A stretch of DNA of 62,560 nt, filler included, from Hausera hauseri (taxonomy: Eukaryota), in assembly GCA_046269625.1 (NCBI GenBank). It is 11 parts of 11 records of this genome, joined end to end, with 100 filler letters (N's around TTAATTAATTAA, not from the genome) between each part and the next. Parts side by side here need not be neighbours in the genome. Positions count along the whole stretch, not along the records: positions 8,946 to 12,953 come from JBJURY010823861.1; positions 13,054 to 17,814 come from JBJURY010446468.1; positions 17,915 to 23,071 come from JBJURY010319383.1; positions 23,172 to 28,404 come from JBJURY010302833.1; 7 more parts are not named here. The stretch is one strand, 5' to 3'. The translations under genes and the position numbers were made by a program. A model generated the notes under the pieces. It was not told where the DNA came from. It saw nothing but the letters and a program-made list of their open reading frames with translations, and searched no databases. Positions 11,396-24,462 of this stretch are shown piece by piece (within the stretch, counting starts at the first letter, position 1; the number at the start of each line of letters is the position of its first letter).

Positions 11396-12807
11396 TTCAA
11401 ATACCTATGTCTATTGGTTCTCATAGGGATACCAGGCCTGTTAGCTCAAACGACAAAACCTCTTGATCCATGGATGAGAACCTTCCCTTCAAATGAAACG
11501 TTAGAAAGTAGCCTGATAAAAAGTATTTATCATGTGATAACCTACACAAGGAAAGGCCAAAAATGTATAAGATTTATGACATTCGAAAGACTACCCAACC
11601 AGTATATGATAGGAATTCAGGTGATCCACAAATATGATTATGAACGAAACCTGAAACAACGAAAATATGACTGTGGCCTTACCCATTGGAGGAACACGAC
11701 GGAATGTATAGTAGATTACTGTAGCAATTATCTCATATACTATACTCTGATCAAGAGACATAAAAATCGCCATCAATGGCAATAACCGAAGTGCCGAGGT
11801 ATCATACAGGTTCCTAGTAGACGAACAATGAATGCAACTGGATTAGATAAAATAATAGTAACTCAACTCACTATTAAACCGATTAGATTCAAAGGTGGAC
11901 GAAGTTGTGTCGAAATTACAACAATGATAGAGTTGGAAGAGGACAGAGTAATAAGTATAAGACTTACGGATGTAGAAAAGAAACAAAGAATGCCAACGAA
12001 TTGCCAGTTAACCGAGAAGCACCTCAGAGTCTGTTGAAATGCCCTAAGAGGAAGAACCTGTAATTTACAATTTATATTAATACAAAAGGATTCAGAGAGA
12101 GGTAAAACTCAAACTTACCAAGGGCATAGAATACATGTTCCACTCAAAAGTGTCACTGAATATGACGACGACCAGCAGCCACGTGTCACGACACCTCTTG
12201 CGAATCTTACACTATCTAATAAAATAAAGACAAATGTTGGAAATATGACAGTTCTTATTCGACCTCACGCCTCATGTTATCGCTATAAACGTTCTGTCTT
12301 AGAAAATGTCACTATATTTTCCACGCTCACTTCATTAGTTGTAGATATTCAACCCGATTTAAACTTATATAAAATAACGCTTACTTGTAAACTAGGTGAA
12401 ACGATTATAGCAAAAGGTATAATTACGCCAGACGATACAGTAATGCCGTGTGCCGATCTAAGTCCAAATACAAAATATGCGGTCACACTACAATTATATT
12501 GTGACTATAATACAATAACCTCTACTAAATTACTGATAGTTTCGATGAAAGCTAAAACACAACGAAAAGTAAAAAACCAAAAAAAAGTACAGGCTCAAAT
12601 AAAAATCCACCACCACCAAAAGCAAGCTATGCCTATTTCCGAACAGAAATAATCATAATAAGTACTGTATGTCCCACGACCTTCTTGATTGCGCTAGCGC
12701 TTTTAATAAAAACAATTGTTTGTATACGAAAACGTCGCAGACCAAACTGGGTTAGAATAGACATGCGACGCATACCAAATATTTTGGATACTGATAATCC
12801 AACTTGA
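11396..12807 (+). pseudogene. Env-like type-I membrane glycoprotein fused in frame to integrase (signal peptide, two Cys domains, FN3-like domain, TM)
   Basis: ORFs at 10706, 11828 and 12245 share one frame and are split only by single stops. Signal-like FKYLCLLVLIGIPGLLA|Q; sequons NET, NTT, NAT, NLT, NMT, NVT; RYKR at 12281-12292; CADLSPNTKYAVTL. After a shift in the A-run near 12580: IIIISTVCPTTFLIALALLIKTIVCI-RKRRR, stop at 12805-12807. Confidence 0.78.
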
Positions 12808-13053
12808 CGATGGCTTCAGCAGATTGTTGTCGACACAATCCGAGAAATTAAGATAATTGAATATTATTTATTTACCGTGAAAAATAATAAGTTTAAAATG
12901 ACAACGATTACCAAACCGAAATATATGATAACCCTTGTATTATATTTAAGATTNNNNNNNNNNNNNNNNNNNNNNNNNNNNNNNNNNNNNNNNNNNNTTA
13001 ATTAATTAANNNNNNNNNNNNNNNNNNNNNNNNNNNNNNNNNNNNNNNNNNNN

Positions 13054-16000
13054 AACTATGCCCTCCATTATCATCGGACCCTGTTAGCATAGGATCATTT
13101 GGGCAAATACCGAAGCCAAAATTTAAGTGGACCCCTACCGTTTATATGATGGGCCAAGCACTTCAACACGAATTTGCGATAATGGACCAGTTAACAGACT
13201 ATGTAGTACTCGGTTGCGACATATTGAAACAAATACCAGGCATGGAAATCGATGCGCATAATGGAAAATTACTTGGGCTTGCAACAATTAAGGGGACAAA
13301 AATAATAAAGGAAAAGAAATCGGGCGAAGTATGGATTCCGGTAGACGGAGACATTCCGCCCAGAACCGAAATGATAATTTTCCCACAGATTCATCAAGAC
13401 GAATATCTGCCAGTATATTTTGAACCTCAAGAGAATATCGATCCAAACCTCGTGTTTAGCAATATCCTATGTAGAGTAACGAAGGGACACATACCTATCA
13501 GATTAGTGAACAATGCACAAACCCTCGTAAGATTGCACGCTAACACTACTTTAGTCACACTTGCAGAGTATCGGCAGTAACAATAGAGGAAAAACCATAC
13601 AAGTGCGCTGAATTTCCATCTCACGTCGAAACCAAATTTTCTCCGGAGGCGTATTGCAAGTTCTACGAATTATTATGTAAATACCGTTCAATAATGGCAC
13701 AAAATGTGGAAGACATATGTAGAGCAAAAGCCCTGAGATTAACAATCCCATTAAGAAAGAAACGAGGCTCGAACGACGAAATCGATCTAGAGGAACAGAA
13801 AATGCTCAAATGGTACCCACCTCCCCATTCATTGAGGCTAGAAATAACTAAAGAGATAGAACGAATATTAAAGGCCGGTATAATTCGACCAAGCTACCGA
13901 TCATGGTACTCACCTATACTTATGGTTAAAAAGAAAGAAACCACGAAACATCGATTTTGTATAGATTACCGGGCATTAAACACGCTTATGATGAAAGACT
14001 CGTTCCCTCTACCGTCGGTAAAAGAAGCTTTAGACAGACTATCAGGAGCGAAATGGTTTACCACTATCGACTTACAATCGGGATTCTGACAAGTGGAAAT
14101 CGAAGAAGAAGATCGATATAAGATAGAGTTTAAAACACATGATGGCGTATACGAATTTAATGTTATGCCTTTCGGCATCACCACAGGACCAGCTATATTC
14201 ACTAGAATGATGAATAAGATGCTCATGGGACTCGATCATGCTTTCGCATATTTAGACCACGTAATGATAGCATCAAAAACAGAGGAAGAACACTTATAGG
14301 ACATTGAAGATACACTCTTGCGACTGGAACAAACAGGGTTGAAACTAAATCCAAAGAAATGTAAATGGGCACAGAACGAAGTATCGTACGTCGGACACAT
14401 AGTTGGAGAAGTAGGATCAAAACCGGATAAATTCCTGCTAAATAAAATATCCGATTGTATAGAACCGCAGAATCAAAAAGAGTTAAGACACTGGTTAGGC
14501 CTATGTGGGTATTATGCCACTTGCGTACCAGACAATTCGAAAATTAACGCGCCATTATATCGCCTACTCAAAGAATGAACAAAATGGAGATGGACGGAAG
14601 TGGAACAAAAAGCATTCGACGAAATGAAGAAAATCTTGACAAGCGAACCAGTTCTAAGACACTTTGATTTTAACGTACCATTCATCACTAAACAGGTCCA
14701 AGTAAAGAGGGTATAGGATATGAATTAGCTCAGAAGCGGGAAGATGAAGAACTAGAACACCCAACAGCCTATGGAGGACGCTCATTAAAGAAAGCAGAAA
14801 TGAATTATTCGGTTACAGAATTAGAAACATTAGCCGTAAAGAAAGCACTATGACACTTTATTGTCTATGTCTATGGACAAAAGATCATAATAGTGACCGA
14901 CCATAAAGCAGTTACGACATTGAAAGGACGAGCTAATAACCTAACACGTAGATTAAACCGTTGGATAGAGAAAATCTCACGATATAACATCGAATTCCAA
15001 TACAAACCAGGTAATAAACACGTCGACACCGAAGCACTATCGAGGTTAAAAACAAAAACAAGTGGGATTACCACGGTGAAAAAATTCAGCTCGAACAGAT
15101 AATCGAACGTCAAAGAACCCATACCCTGGATAAAACGATTAAGATCACCGCAGAGCAAGCGAAAGATAGGATTATTCAGCAAATTGTCGAGTTCATACAA
15201 AACGACAAAATACCCAAAGGACGACAACTAAAGAAGCATCTACAAAAACACGGACATAAATATCGCGCATCGAACCAAGATAATATCCTGTATTACTAAC
15301 GAAGCGGAAGGAATCTAACAGTTATTCCAAAAGGATTACGCGCCGAGGTACTCATGGCTGAACGTGATTCGTACTTAGCTGGACACATGTCTTGGAAGAA
15401 GACATTGGAGAGGATATTAAATAAATACTATTGGCCAAGCATTTATATCGATGTAAAGAATTTGGCAAGTGCTTGCGAAGTTTGCGCGATAAAGCAAAAG
15501 AAAACCAAAAGCTATGCAGCGAAATTAAAACACATAAACGTACCAGATAGGCCCATGCAAGCTATCTCTATAGATCTAGTGGGACCCTTGCCGAAAACTC
15601 ACAAAATAACACATATTTTAACATGCGTGGATCGATTAACGCACTTTGTCGAACTAGTGGCACTATTAGATAAAAAGGCAGGGACTTTACCCGACTCAGT
15701 GGTAAGGAAAATCATCTGTAGATACAGACCATCAGAAGAAATCTTAACGGATAGAGGACGGAACTACACGAGCGAATTATTCGAAAAAATTACTAAGATA
15801 TTTGAAACTGAACGTTTAACTACTACCGCATACCACCCCCAATGTAATGGAATGGTCGAGCGAATGAATTCAACAGTCATTCGTATACTGTCAACAGTAG
15901 TGGCCAAATACCAAAAGGATTGGGACGAATTTCTAGAAGGAACACAGTTCGCAATCAATATTACCCCACATCCAGCAACAGAATTTAAACCGTTCTTTAT

Positions 16001-16430
16001 AATGTATGGACGAGAGACAATTTTACCCGCAGATCTAGGTATGACACCGTACTAAAAAACCTTGAGGATTTAGAGCAAAACTTTGCCGAAGTCTTACAGA
16101 CAAGATTGCAAAAGTGTTGGGAAGTTGCAAAGACATTATGACTCGAATACCATGAACAATTTAAAAAACAATATGATAAAAAGACTAAGCCCCATGATCT
16201 GGAAAAAGGGAACTGGGTTAATATACATTACCCGGTTACGAAGAAAAGTACATGTTTGAAACTAACCCATACCGGAAGAAGACCATATGAAATCGTCCGC
16301 ACAACCCCAACCACGGTTTATGTTAATAAAAACGGTAAAGAGGGTCGTATCGATTCAAAGAGTAGTTAAAACAGATATAATACCAACAAAACACTACAAT
16401 CTAAGAAAGCGAGAAACAAAGACCTCGTCA
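13054..16430 (+). pseudogene. gypsy pol: protease, RT, RNase H, integrase
   Basis: VVLGCDIL; SWYSPILMVKKK, RFCIDYRALN, IDLQSGF, MPFGI, YLDH; TDHKA; GHMSWKKT...CEVC, IDLVGPLP, LTDRGRNY, TAYHPQCNGMVER; ends in HYNLRKR. Confidence 0.93.
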
Positions 16431-17806
16431 ATTGTCACCAGACTGGTATCTTACGTACAGATAATAGTAGCCTTATCGTTTATTGCTGTCCTAACGCCCA
16501 AGTCTAACGCCCAATATTGGGTCGATGAAACTTCGCTGAGCGATATATATGGAATCAGGAAAATCGGGCTAAAACCTTCACCGCCGAAGGAAGGAACTTC
16601 CAAACACAAAGACGAAAAATTTTTACGAGCAATAAAATTAGATTATTTTTCGCCAGAAGCCCCATGTGTTGGATTTAGGTTACCAGGACCACATGAGGGG
16701 CGAATCCAGACACTATTCCATGACCTATTAAGCCAAGCCGAATCTGAATGTAAATTCGAGACAGAAGATGATACAATTTGCTGCAACGTAGAATACGAAC
16801 ACTCAGTTATCGTTCATATTTGTCAGACTGTGATAATGTATACGCTGAAATAAATCTGAATTCACATTTAGTTGTGCCACGAACTTATGGAGATTACCTT
16901 AATATAGAGCTGGAAGATCTGCTCCAGTCCATCGACCCAATAAAACGGATGCTAGAAGAAAACAGCCAGTATAACGGGAAACCTAAAGGACGACTGTATC
17001 CAAATAATCACAGAAGGACGGTAAATTAAAGGATAAGTGATCATGGTTCAATTCGTAAAAGAGGACAAAGCAGCTTATAACCAACAATACTGTCAAATTG
17101 ACGCAGAAAGGACAAATAAGTGTTGTAAGTTACCTCAGGGATATAAATATAGAATTCGACTAGACTTATGAAGTTCGACCGAATCAGCCGAGTATTTACC
17201 TATGAAGTTATCAATTGTAAAATCCAGTTTGGGGAATTCCGCCCGAGATGACAACAAATAGAATTACGACTACAAGAATGAATACGACTACTTCACTGCC
17301 AACAGAATCCTCCAAACAAGTGGATTACCTCAGAAGGATCTAGAAATGATCCCTATAAAATATTGGACAAAACAACGTGAAATAACATTCGTTGTGGAGG
17401 AAGCACTTAATTACGACGTAGAAATAAGCTGCCAAACATTATATAACAACCAGAAAGTAACATTGAAAGTAACTATCGGATCAAATGCACCTACTTGAAA
17501 CCCAAAACAGATTACATAATACAAATAGGTGCAGAGAACAAACAAAGTAGAACATTTACGGTACAAACCTTAAACGAGATTGTATTAACAAAACCACTGA
17601 CTAATGAGGAGACGGAAGACGAAACTACGACTACCGCTAAAATAGAAAACTTAACTAAATGGACAACTTTGTCATTAATATCGATTATTGGAACGTCAAC
17701 GTTCGCTCTCATAACCTTTGTTCCGTTTTTCCATTTCATTACCAAAAACTGTTGTAATAAGCGTCATAAAATCACCGAGAGGGAATTAAGGGTGATGGGA
17801 CCGTAG
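16431..17806 (+). pseudogene. Env-like type-I membrane protein downstream of integrase, homologous to 11396-12807
   Basis: Signal-like IVTRLVSYVQIIVALSFIAVLTPKSNA|Q right after YNLRKR. Cys domains PCVGF...ECKF...ICCNV and DCIQI...YCQID...KCCKL. FN3-like CTYLKPKTDYIIQIGAEN, Thr/Glu stalk, TM WTTLSLISIIGTSTFALITFVPFFHFI, tail KNCCNKR. Frameshifted. Confidence 0.78.
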
Positions 17807-17989
17807 AACGAAATNNNNNNNNNNNNNNNNNNNNNNNNNNNNNNNNNNNNNNNNNNNNTTAATTAATTAANNNNNNNNNNNNNNNNNNNNNNNNNNNNNN
17901 NNNNNNNNNNNNNNCGCTTGAAAACAGTGGATCAGGTTCTGGCTCAGGTTTAAACATACAGTAACAAGAAAATCATTTGAAGAGAATTA

Positions 17990-18610
17990 CAAAATATTAA
18001 ATTTATGTAATAAATGTACAGTTTTTATGGCTTTTGGGTTATTAGAAGATCTAATAAGATGATTGAACATATTCAATTAGTTAATGAATATAGAAAGTAA
18101 TGGTTTGTTTTTGCAGAACTTGCTTTTATGTATAAAGAATTTAGCAAGAAGTACAATAAGGTTGATGACAAAAAAAGAGTCACAGTTCTTCTGGTCGAAA
18201 GCCGTAAATCCAAGAATAACAGTGTGAAAACTGAGAGGAGTTTGTGGGGAAATAGTACGAATAAGGTTCATGATATCATCCCAGAGTGTTTTGGTGTAGT
18301 CGCAGCTCCAAAACAAATGATTCATGTCTTCAGTGTGAGTGGTACAGAAAGAACACAACGTGTCAATATTTTTCTTAAATTTATACATATTCTGTTTGGT
18401 AGGGTAGCATCTATGGACAAGTTTAAAAGCCACTTCTTTAACTTTGTTAGTGACAAAGAATTCATGAGGCAGAGACCAAACCTTCTTCCAGTTAAGACCA
18501 TGAATGGACCTATTCCAATTAACAGCAGCACAAGGTTGGGAGACGATCAGCTGTTGGAAAAGGGAACAAATTTCCTTGTTTTTGGAATTAGACACCAGAG
18601 AAGTTTTACC
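17990..18610 (-). mobile_element. LINE (L1/Tx1-type) ORF2 3' fragment, zf-RVT domain
   Basis: WKKVWSL...KVKEVAFKLVHRCYPT...CSFC...EDMNHLFWSC...LW...LAKFFIHKSK. Boundaries are approximate. Confidence 0.85.
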
Positions 18611-18679
18611 AACAGAAGTATCCATTAAATTGCATGAGGTTGGGTCTGGTTTCTGACTGATGATGCCCTTCATAATCCA

Positions 18680-19216
18680 ACACATTCTCACTCCCGACTC
18701 GTCACATATTGACGCTTGGTCAGGTTCCCTCAGCGTCACATATTGACGCATCGGGTACCCCCTTCGCGTCAATAATTGACGACAAGGGTTCTCTCGTTGA
18801 ATGTTGTATCACCGCTTCGGATTTTTTTTTAGCTTTTATTCAAAACCTTTATTTACAATTTATCTGCTAATTGAACACGATATTTACTACAGCTACATGT
18901 CGGACGTATCAGTCATAAGACTTTAATTCGGTATTTAAAAATAACTCAGTAAAGCATAAAACCGGAGGGTTTTTGTTGTTCTTAGCTTGATTTAAAAGCC
19001 TTTTTTTAAAAGTTACCTAATATTTTTGAGTATATCAATGATTTACTCCAAATAAATGTAAGAAAAATTAAGATGTATTTTCTTTTGTGATTGCATGCCA
19101 AACTCTTCTGTAAACGTTTTAATATTTTTGATTAAAATAATAAAAATAAGGACATCCAAGAAGAAGAAGAAGAAGCTGACGTCATTATATGCGACGCTCT
19201 GGTGAGTATAAACCTG
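18680..19216. mobile_element. Putative non-autonomous DNA transposon with palindromic subterminal repeats
   Basis: CGTCA-N5-TGACG at 18700, 18734 and 18767. Related inverted motif plus imperfect TIR at ~19178-19216. Confidence 0.45.
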
Positions 19217-22200
19217 CATCTGTCAAAATGTTTTTGTTCTCTAAAACCACAAAATAACTCCAAAGTGTTGCGTTATAAAGTTACTGATGGTAGTTTTAGG
19301 ACTTAATGGCAGCAGGACTGAGCTGCGAATGGTTGAAGACACGTTTGTAACATTTTTTTGCCGGAAAATATGCGGTGGAAGAAGCTAGCTAAATTAGCCT
19401 CTTGGAGGCTAATTGCACCTGTACACCTGTGCTTAATACGTTTAATTAGCCGTGATAGAGTCACATTATAGTGTTTATAGTCATGCCTGTTGCCACTTTG
19501 TAAAGTTGGAGGGTTGGTTGCTAAAAACATCAGTGCCCCTAGGCTGAGATCATCTTTAAAGCCTTTTTTATGAACCCTGTCTGAATACACTGATAGCAGC
19601 TAGGTCATTTACTGGAATTAAAATGAACTTGCATCAGTACAGGCAATGTTCTTTCCTCCTGTCTATGTTATTTATTGCTGTTGAAGAGAAATAAAGAGCT
19701 GAGAACTTGATCTGTGGACAGACAGAAACCATAGGGGAGGAGCAGCCTGGAGAATCCAATGACGACACCAGAGAACCAGGAAGAGACTGTGATTGTGCTG
19801 GATCTGGTTCCTGTTTCTCCTCCTGTTGTCCCTTCCTCTCAGTCTTTTCAGAAGAAGAAAAGACCCTGAAGACCTCCAGCTGCCTCTCCTCCCACTGTGT
19901 CATCTGTCTGCCCCCATAGATCAGCACATCTGCAATCATGTCACCGGCTGGCCATCTCATCTCCTTAAGTCAGGGTGGCCGATAAGAAGAGAGAGTAAGT
20001 TTTGTTGTCCCTACATTCATCAGTCCAACATGTCAACCTCTTTAGCACGATTCATACTTGTGGAGATACCAGTTAGAATTAGTGATTGTCCATCAGAGTG
20101 TTTAAGAATCAAACCAGGAAACGCGGTCACTGTGGTCATGCTCAACGGTATGGATAGCATTTTTTGAATGACTCAAAACCAAAATATAAAAAAGTATAAT
20201 ATCAAAATTTAAATAACTCTACTTTGGCCGTGTGAGTACTTTAACGTACATATCATAGAAGGGCTGTCTGGTGTGGTTATGTTCTTCAACATTTTGGTGA
20301 GGTATCTCCTCATTCATTCAGCATTCAGATCATACGTAGACCTGGCAACATCAAAATTAATTGAGTGAGATGTTTTGTGCCAGAGACACACCTAAAACTT
20401 GAAAGACACCTATCCTTGAGGTATTTGGACACCTATGCCCTATTTTATGTTTTCATTTTTTTATCTGTCATTTTAAATCAGACAGGTAAGATCTCGGCTG
20501 ACAGCTTCCTGAAAGGTTTTTTGAGTTGGGAGTTATGCCTGAACTCCAACACCTGCTTAAAATGAAGCCATTTATCTTGATTGTCCATGGCAAAGTCCAT
20601 GAATGTGAGGTAAGAAACACTGACCAATTGCATAACCTTGCTGAAACATAACTGTATAAACATCTTTGACACAGTTGATATTGTTTGTGCATGTTTGTGC
20701 AGACACAGATGGACACAAAGCTTCTGCCAAGGCTCATCGCAAGATCAGAAAGGAGAAAACATCTTAGCATTGGCTTTAGAAGATATTAGTCACTTGAAGA
20801 CTGATACAGACACAGACGTTCTGTCTTTGGAAGAGATCCTGTCCGGTGACCCAACATTGCCATGGCAGAAATCACACAGTGGTAAATAAACATACACTCA
20901 TCTGTTTTATACTGTCATCATACCTGACAGATACTGCAGGTGTTGACCTAAACATACAAATTCTAACTTTTACTGTGTTGATTTGTTCTTTTTATAAATG
21001 CATTTCAGACTGTCGGTCTTCACACAAAAACAAGGGCAATCGATGACATGATAGTAAAGAGACTGGATGAGGAAAAGAGGATCCTTGTTGATGGACCATC
21101 ATTGGAAATCTCTGTCATCCTATGAAGACACGCTAAAGGAGTTTCCCGCCTGTTATCAGGAGGTAAATTTAAAAGCATGTTTTTAAGAATTGCATAAACA
21201 TATCAAAAGTTAAAGCATCTAAATTTTTCATTTTTATTAATGTTCAACTTTAAAGGATGGTCCTGTGCCCTAACTGACGAAGGTCCAAGAGGTCTCCAGA
21301 GCATCATCCTCAGAGAGCTGCAGCATCAACAGATGAAGCAAATTACAGAGTATTATCTACAGACTTGGACAGGAGCAGAGAGTGTTAGCTTTGATGACGA
21401 CTTCAGTAGTAACTGATAATACTCTTTAATCATTTGTGAATGTACTGCTGACAAAGATCTACACTGGTGTGACAGTGTTCGCCTCTTTCTGACCAATATG
21501 TCACGAGTAAAAAAAAAATTATATATATAATATATCGTTTGCTCGTAAGTCACAAAGAGACACCTTACAATTTGTTCTTGTGCTTTCATGTTTACAAATG
21601 GCCAGTGTTTTATCTTGTTGATTCTTTCTTTTTTTATAGTTAATTACTAGAGCTGTAATTACTTGCACAGGCATGTCCCTGTGACTATGTAGTAACTAAC
21701 ATAACCAAGACATCTTTTTGGATGTTCTACTTTTATTTTATTTATTTATTAATATGTGCAGTTCTGTTTTATTTCTTAATCCAAAGAATTAAGTGTGTAG
21801 TGGTGGAACAATTTCTTATCTTTGGTCAGTTTTCTGTCAATATTGTTATTAAAAAGAAATGAGTAAAATAAAATTTCAGTACTTGTCAAAGTGATCTTTT
21901 AATGCTGTGTTCAGGTATGATTTTGTTTCATGACATGCATTTATACAAAAATCATAAAGGCATGATTTTATTAACAAACAGCATCTAATTTAGTGGATAC
22001 TTCAGGACATGTTCTGTACCCATCAGTTGATAAGTCAGTAATGAAGCCTTTTAAAATTTTGGACAAACAAGAAGTGGTTTGAAGAAATTATCAGGAGAAA
22101 TAAGCTGTTCAGCTTTTCGGTACTCTTTAATGACATCTGAAAATAAGTTATAATTGCATACATAGACGTAGTGTTATTCAAGCATGTCTATGTTCAACAG

Positions 22201-23171
22201 TTGACAGGTGAAAAAGGAAGCCGACTAAGGTTTAGTAGAAAAACTTGCTGTTGGTGTCATTTAGTTGAAATGCTTCAGATTTGGACATAACTTCTTTTTT
22301 AAAACAGGTTTCTGATTTAGTGAAATAATCTTAATGAAATAAAGAACATTAACTTGGTATTTGGATACATTTACAAACCAAAAAGGGTCAGACCTCTAGT
22401 TCACCTACAATAATTAGATCAACACAACTTAACTTACATTCTCTTTAGGCCTTTCTCTGCAGGCTTATGAAATGATTAAATGAGCCACAGAAACCTGAGA
22501 CACCATCAGGCAAATCATTCTTTTCCCACCAGAGCAGATTTAGAGTCGGGCTACAGAGCTCAATTCTAGAGAAAATGCATCTTTAAACCAGTACTTTCAT
22601 ATAGCATTTGACCCCAATCTAACCCTAGATTGTTTTTATACAGTTTAACACAGTGTTTTAATCCTAGAGAAACACTATGTTAATCAAACATAATTTAGAT
22701 TACTATGCTAACGTAGTTTAAATTACAGTAGACTCAGACTGATTCAATATTAATTTACTAAACTGTAATGTTGAAGGACTTCAATCTGGGTTTCTTTCAC
22801 TGGGCATACGCAAAATAAGATGCAAACTTTAACTTAAATAATTAACCTTAGACAGGATAACATGCTATGCAAAATACTTCTCCTTAAAGTTTTTTATGTG
22901 TAAATACTGATCACACTGAATAAAACACAACATATTGCGCTTACACTTCTACAAGTGTGTAGGAAACGAATCTGTTGCACAGTTTAACCTTGCTTCATGC
23001 CTTAAAGACAACACACAGGGCAAACTTGACCAACCTACAATGACGGCCAACTTGTCAGGCAAAAAGTCTATNNNNNNNNNNNNNNNNNNNNNNNNNNNNN
23101 NNNNNNNNNNNNNNNTTAATTAATTAANNNNNNNNNNNNNNNNNNNNNNNNNNNNNNNNNNNNNNNNNNNN

Positions 23172-24050
23172 CGATCTCACCTCTTACAGAGCTTCTAAAT
23201 TCTTGGGCGATGCTGGAATACCTTAGCTTTCAGGTAGCCTTACAGGAAATCAAGCGTGATTTCATGTTGGGTGCAACTGCACCTGTGCAGTTTGAGTTCC
23301 TGTGGCAGTTGGTCTCACACCTCCAACAACGCTGTTTTCAAGCCCTAGATGATTTTTGGAAAGTGTATGGCAAGTTGCAATTGTCCTCCCAAGAATGTTC
23401 GAGGCATGCTCTATAGGGTTCAGGTCTTGAGATCTCATTGCCCAATCCATCCGAGAAATATCCTCACTTTCTTGAAATTCGAGGACCAGATGAGCCTAAT
23501 GTGAACATGCATTATCATCCATTAAAATGAAATCAGGGCCAACTGCACCCCTGAAAAAGCATTAATAGGACTCCAAGATCTCATCCCTATGCGTCACAGC
23601 AATCACAAAGCCTCTGACAAAGACTGGGATTTTGTGTGCTCATTCAGCATGATGTTGCCCACATTGACAAACCTCCTCTACCATAGTGGTTTCTTTCTGG
23701 GATATTGGAGGACAGGTAGTGGGTCCCTTTTTCTATCTAGATGAATGCATGTTGAGAATCAGTGGTTAGGCTGAACCAGGACTCATCAGTGAATAGAATG
23801 GTTCAACACTGACCTGTGGTCCAATGTCAATGCCCTGTTCACCATGCTAAATGGACTCTCCTGTGCCTAGAAATGAGTGGGACACAAACAGCAGGTCTTG
23901 CAAACAGTCCTCATTCATGTAGCCTTCTGTAAACAGTAAGCCTTGTAACTCTGCTTCCTGTGGTCGTATAAAGGACACAAAAGATCTGAGAAGCTGTTGA
24001 ACTCCTGTTACACCTCGCTGTAATGGACAAATATCAATCTTCATCAGCTG
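23172..24050 (-). mobile_element. Tc1-family transposase relic
   Basis: ILFTDES, GAVGPDFILMDDNA and MDWAMRSQDLNPIEH...ILGR (Tc1 WPxxSPDLNPIE motif). Many stops. Confidence 0.85.
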
Positions 24051-24462
24051 TTGTAACTCTTGAACATTGTTACCCAAGCTTTCTCTCTATGGTGACAGTC
24101 ACCTTAAACTGTTTCCATAAGTTTGTCATTACTTTGGGAGTTAAATTAAAGTTTCTAGGAATCTGCACTCAAGTCAACCCTGCATCCAGTGCCTCCCATG
24201 ATTTACTACCTCATTCCATCATCCAAATGCACATGTACACTTATGTATTCGATTCGAAAGAGTTGTATCTTTTTTTTGGAAGCATTAGTTTTACTTTTAG
24301 TACAGTAATTTTTGAAGATTTTCTTAATTTTGTACACCAGTGTATTTCTGAACCAAAAATGTATATAACTAGCTTTCTTTACCAGGTATTGCACTGGTGA
24401 AAGAGAAAAGCATTATCATATAATGCTATAATCCCATATGAATATCTCCTGAAAAATTACTA

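Larger units (their letters stand above)
8946..12953 (+). mobile_element. Ty3/gypsy LTR retrotransposon internal region, element G1 (degraded)
   Basis: Domain order RT-RNaseH-integrase, followed by an in-frame membrane-protein extension. Confidence 0.93.
13054..17814 (+). mobile_element. Ty3/gypsy LTR retrotransposon internal region, element G2 (degraded)
   Basis: Protease tail, RT, RNase H, integrase, then a membrane-protein extension. Confidence 0.93.

Noticed and set aside
5158-12807. ANKFN1 FN3 domain as the source of the gypsy FN3-like cargo
   Set aside because: Different contigs. The ANKFN1 FN3 is intracellular and shares only the generic LxPxxxY motif.
18700-18781. Mini-CRISPR array
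   Set aside because: Repeats are 15 bp with ~18-bp spacers, there are no cas genes, and the context is eukaryotic.
19303-23071. Short ORFs as genes (possible exons of a vertebrate-like gene)
   Set aside because: No recognisable domain, and I cannot build a supported exon chain by eye.
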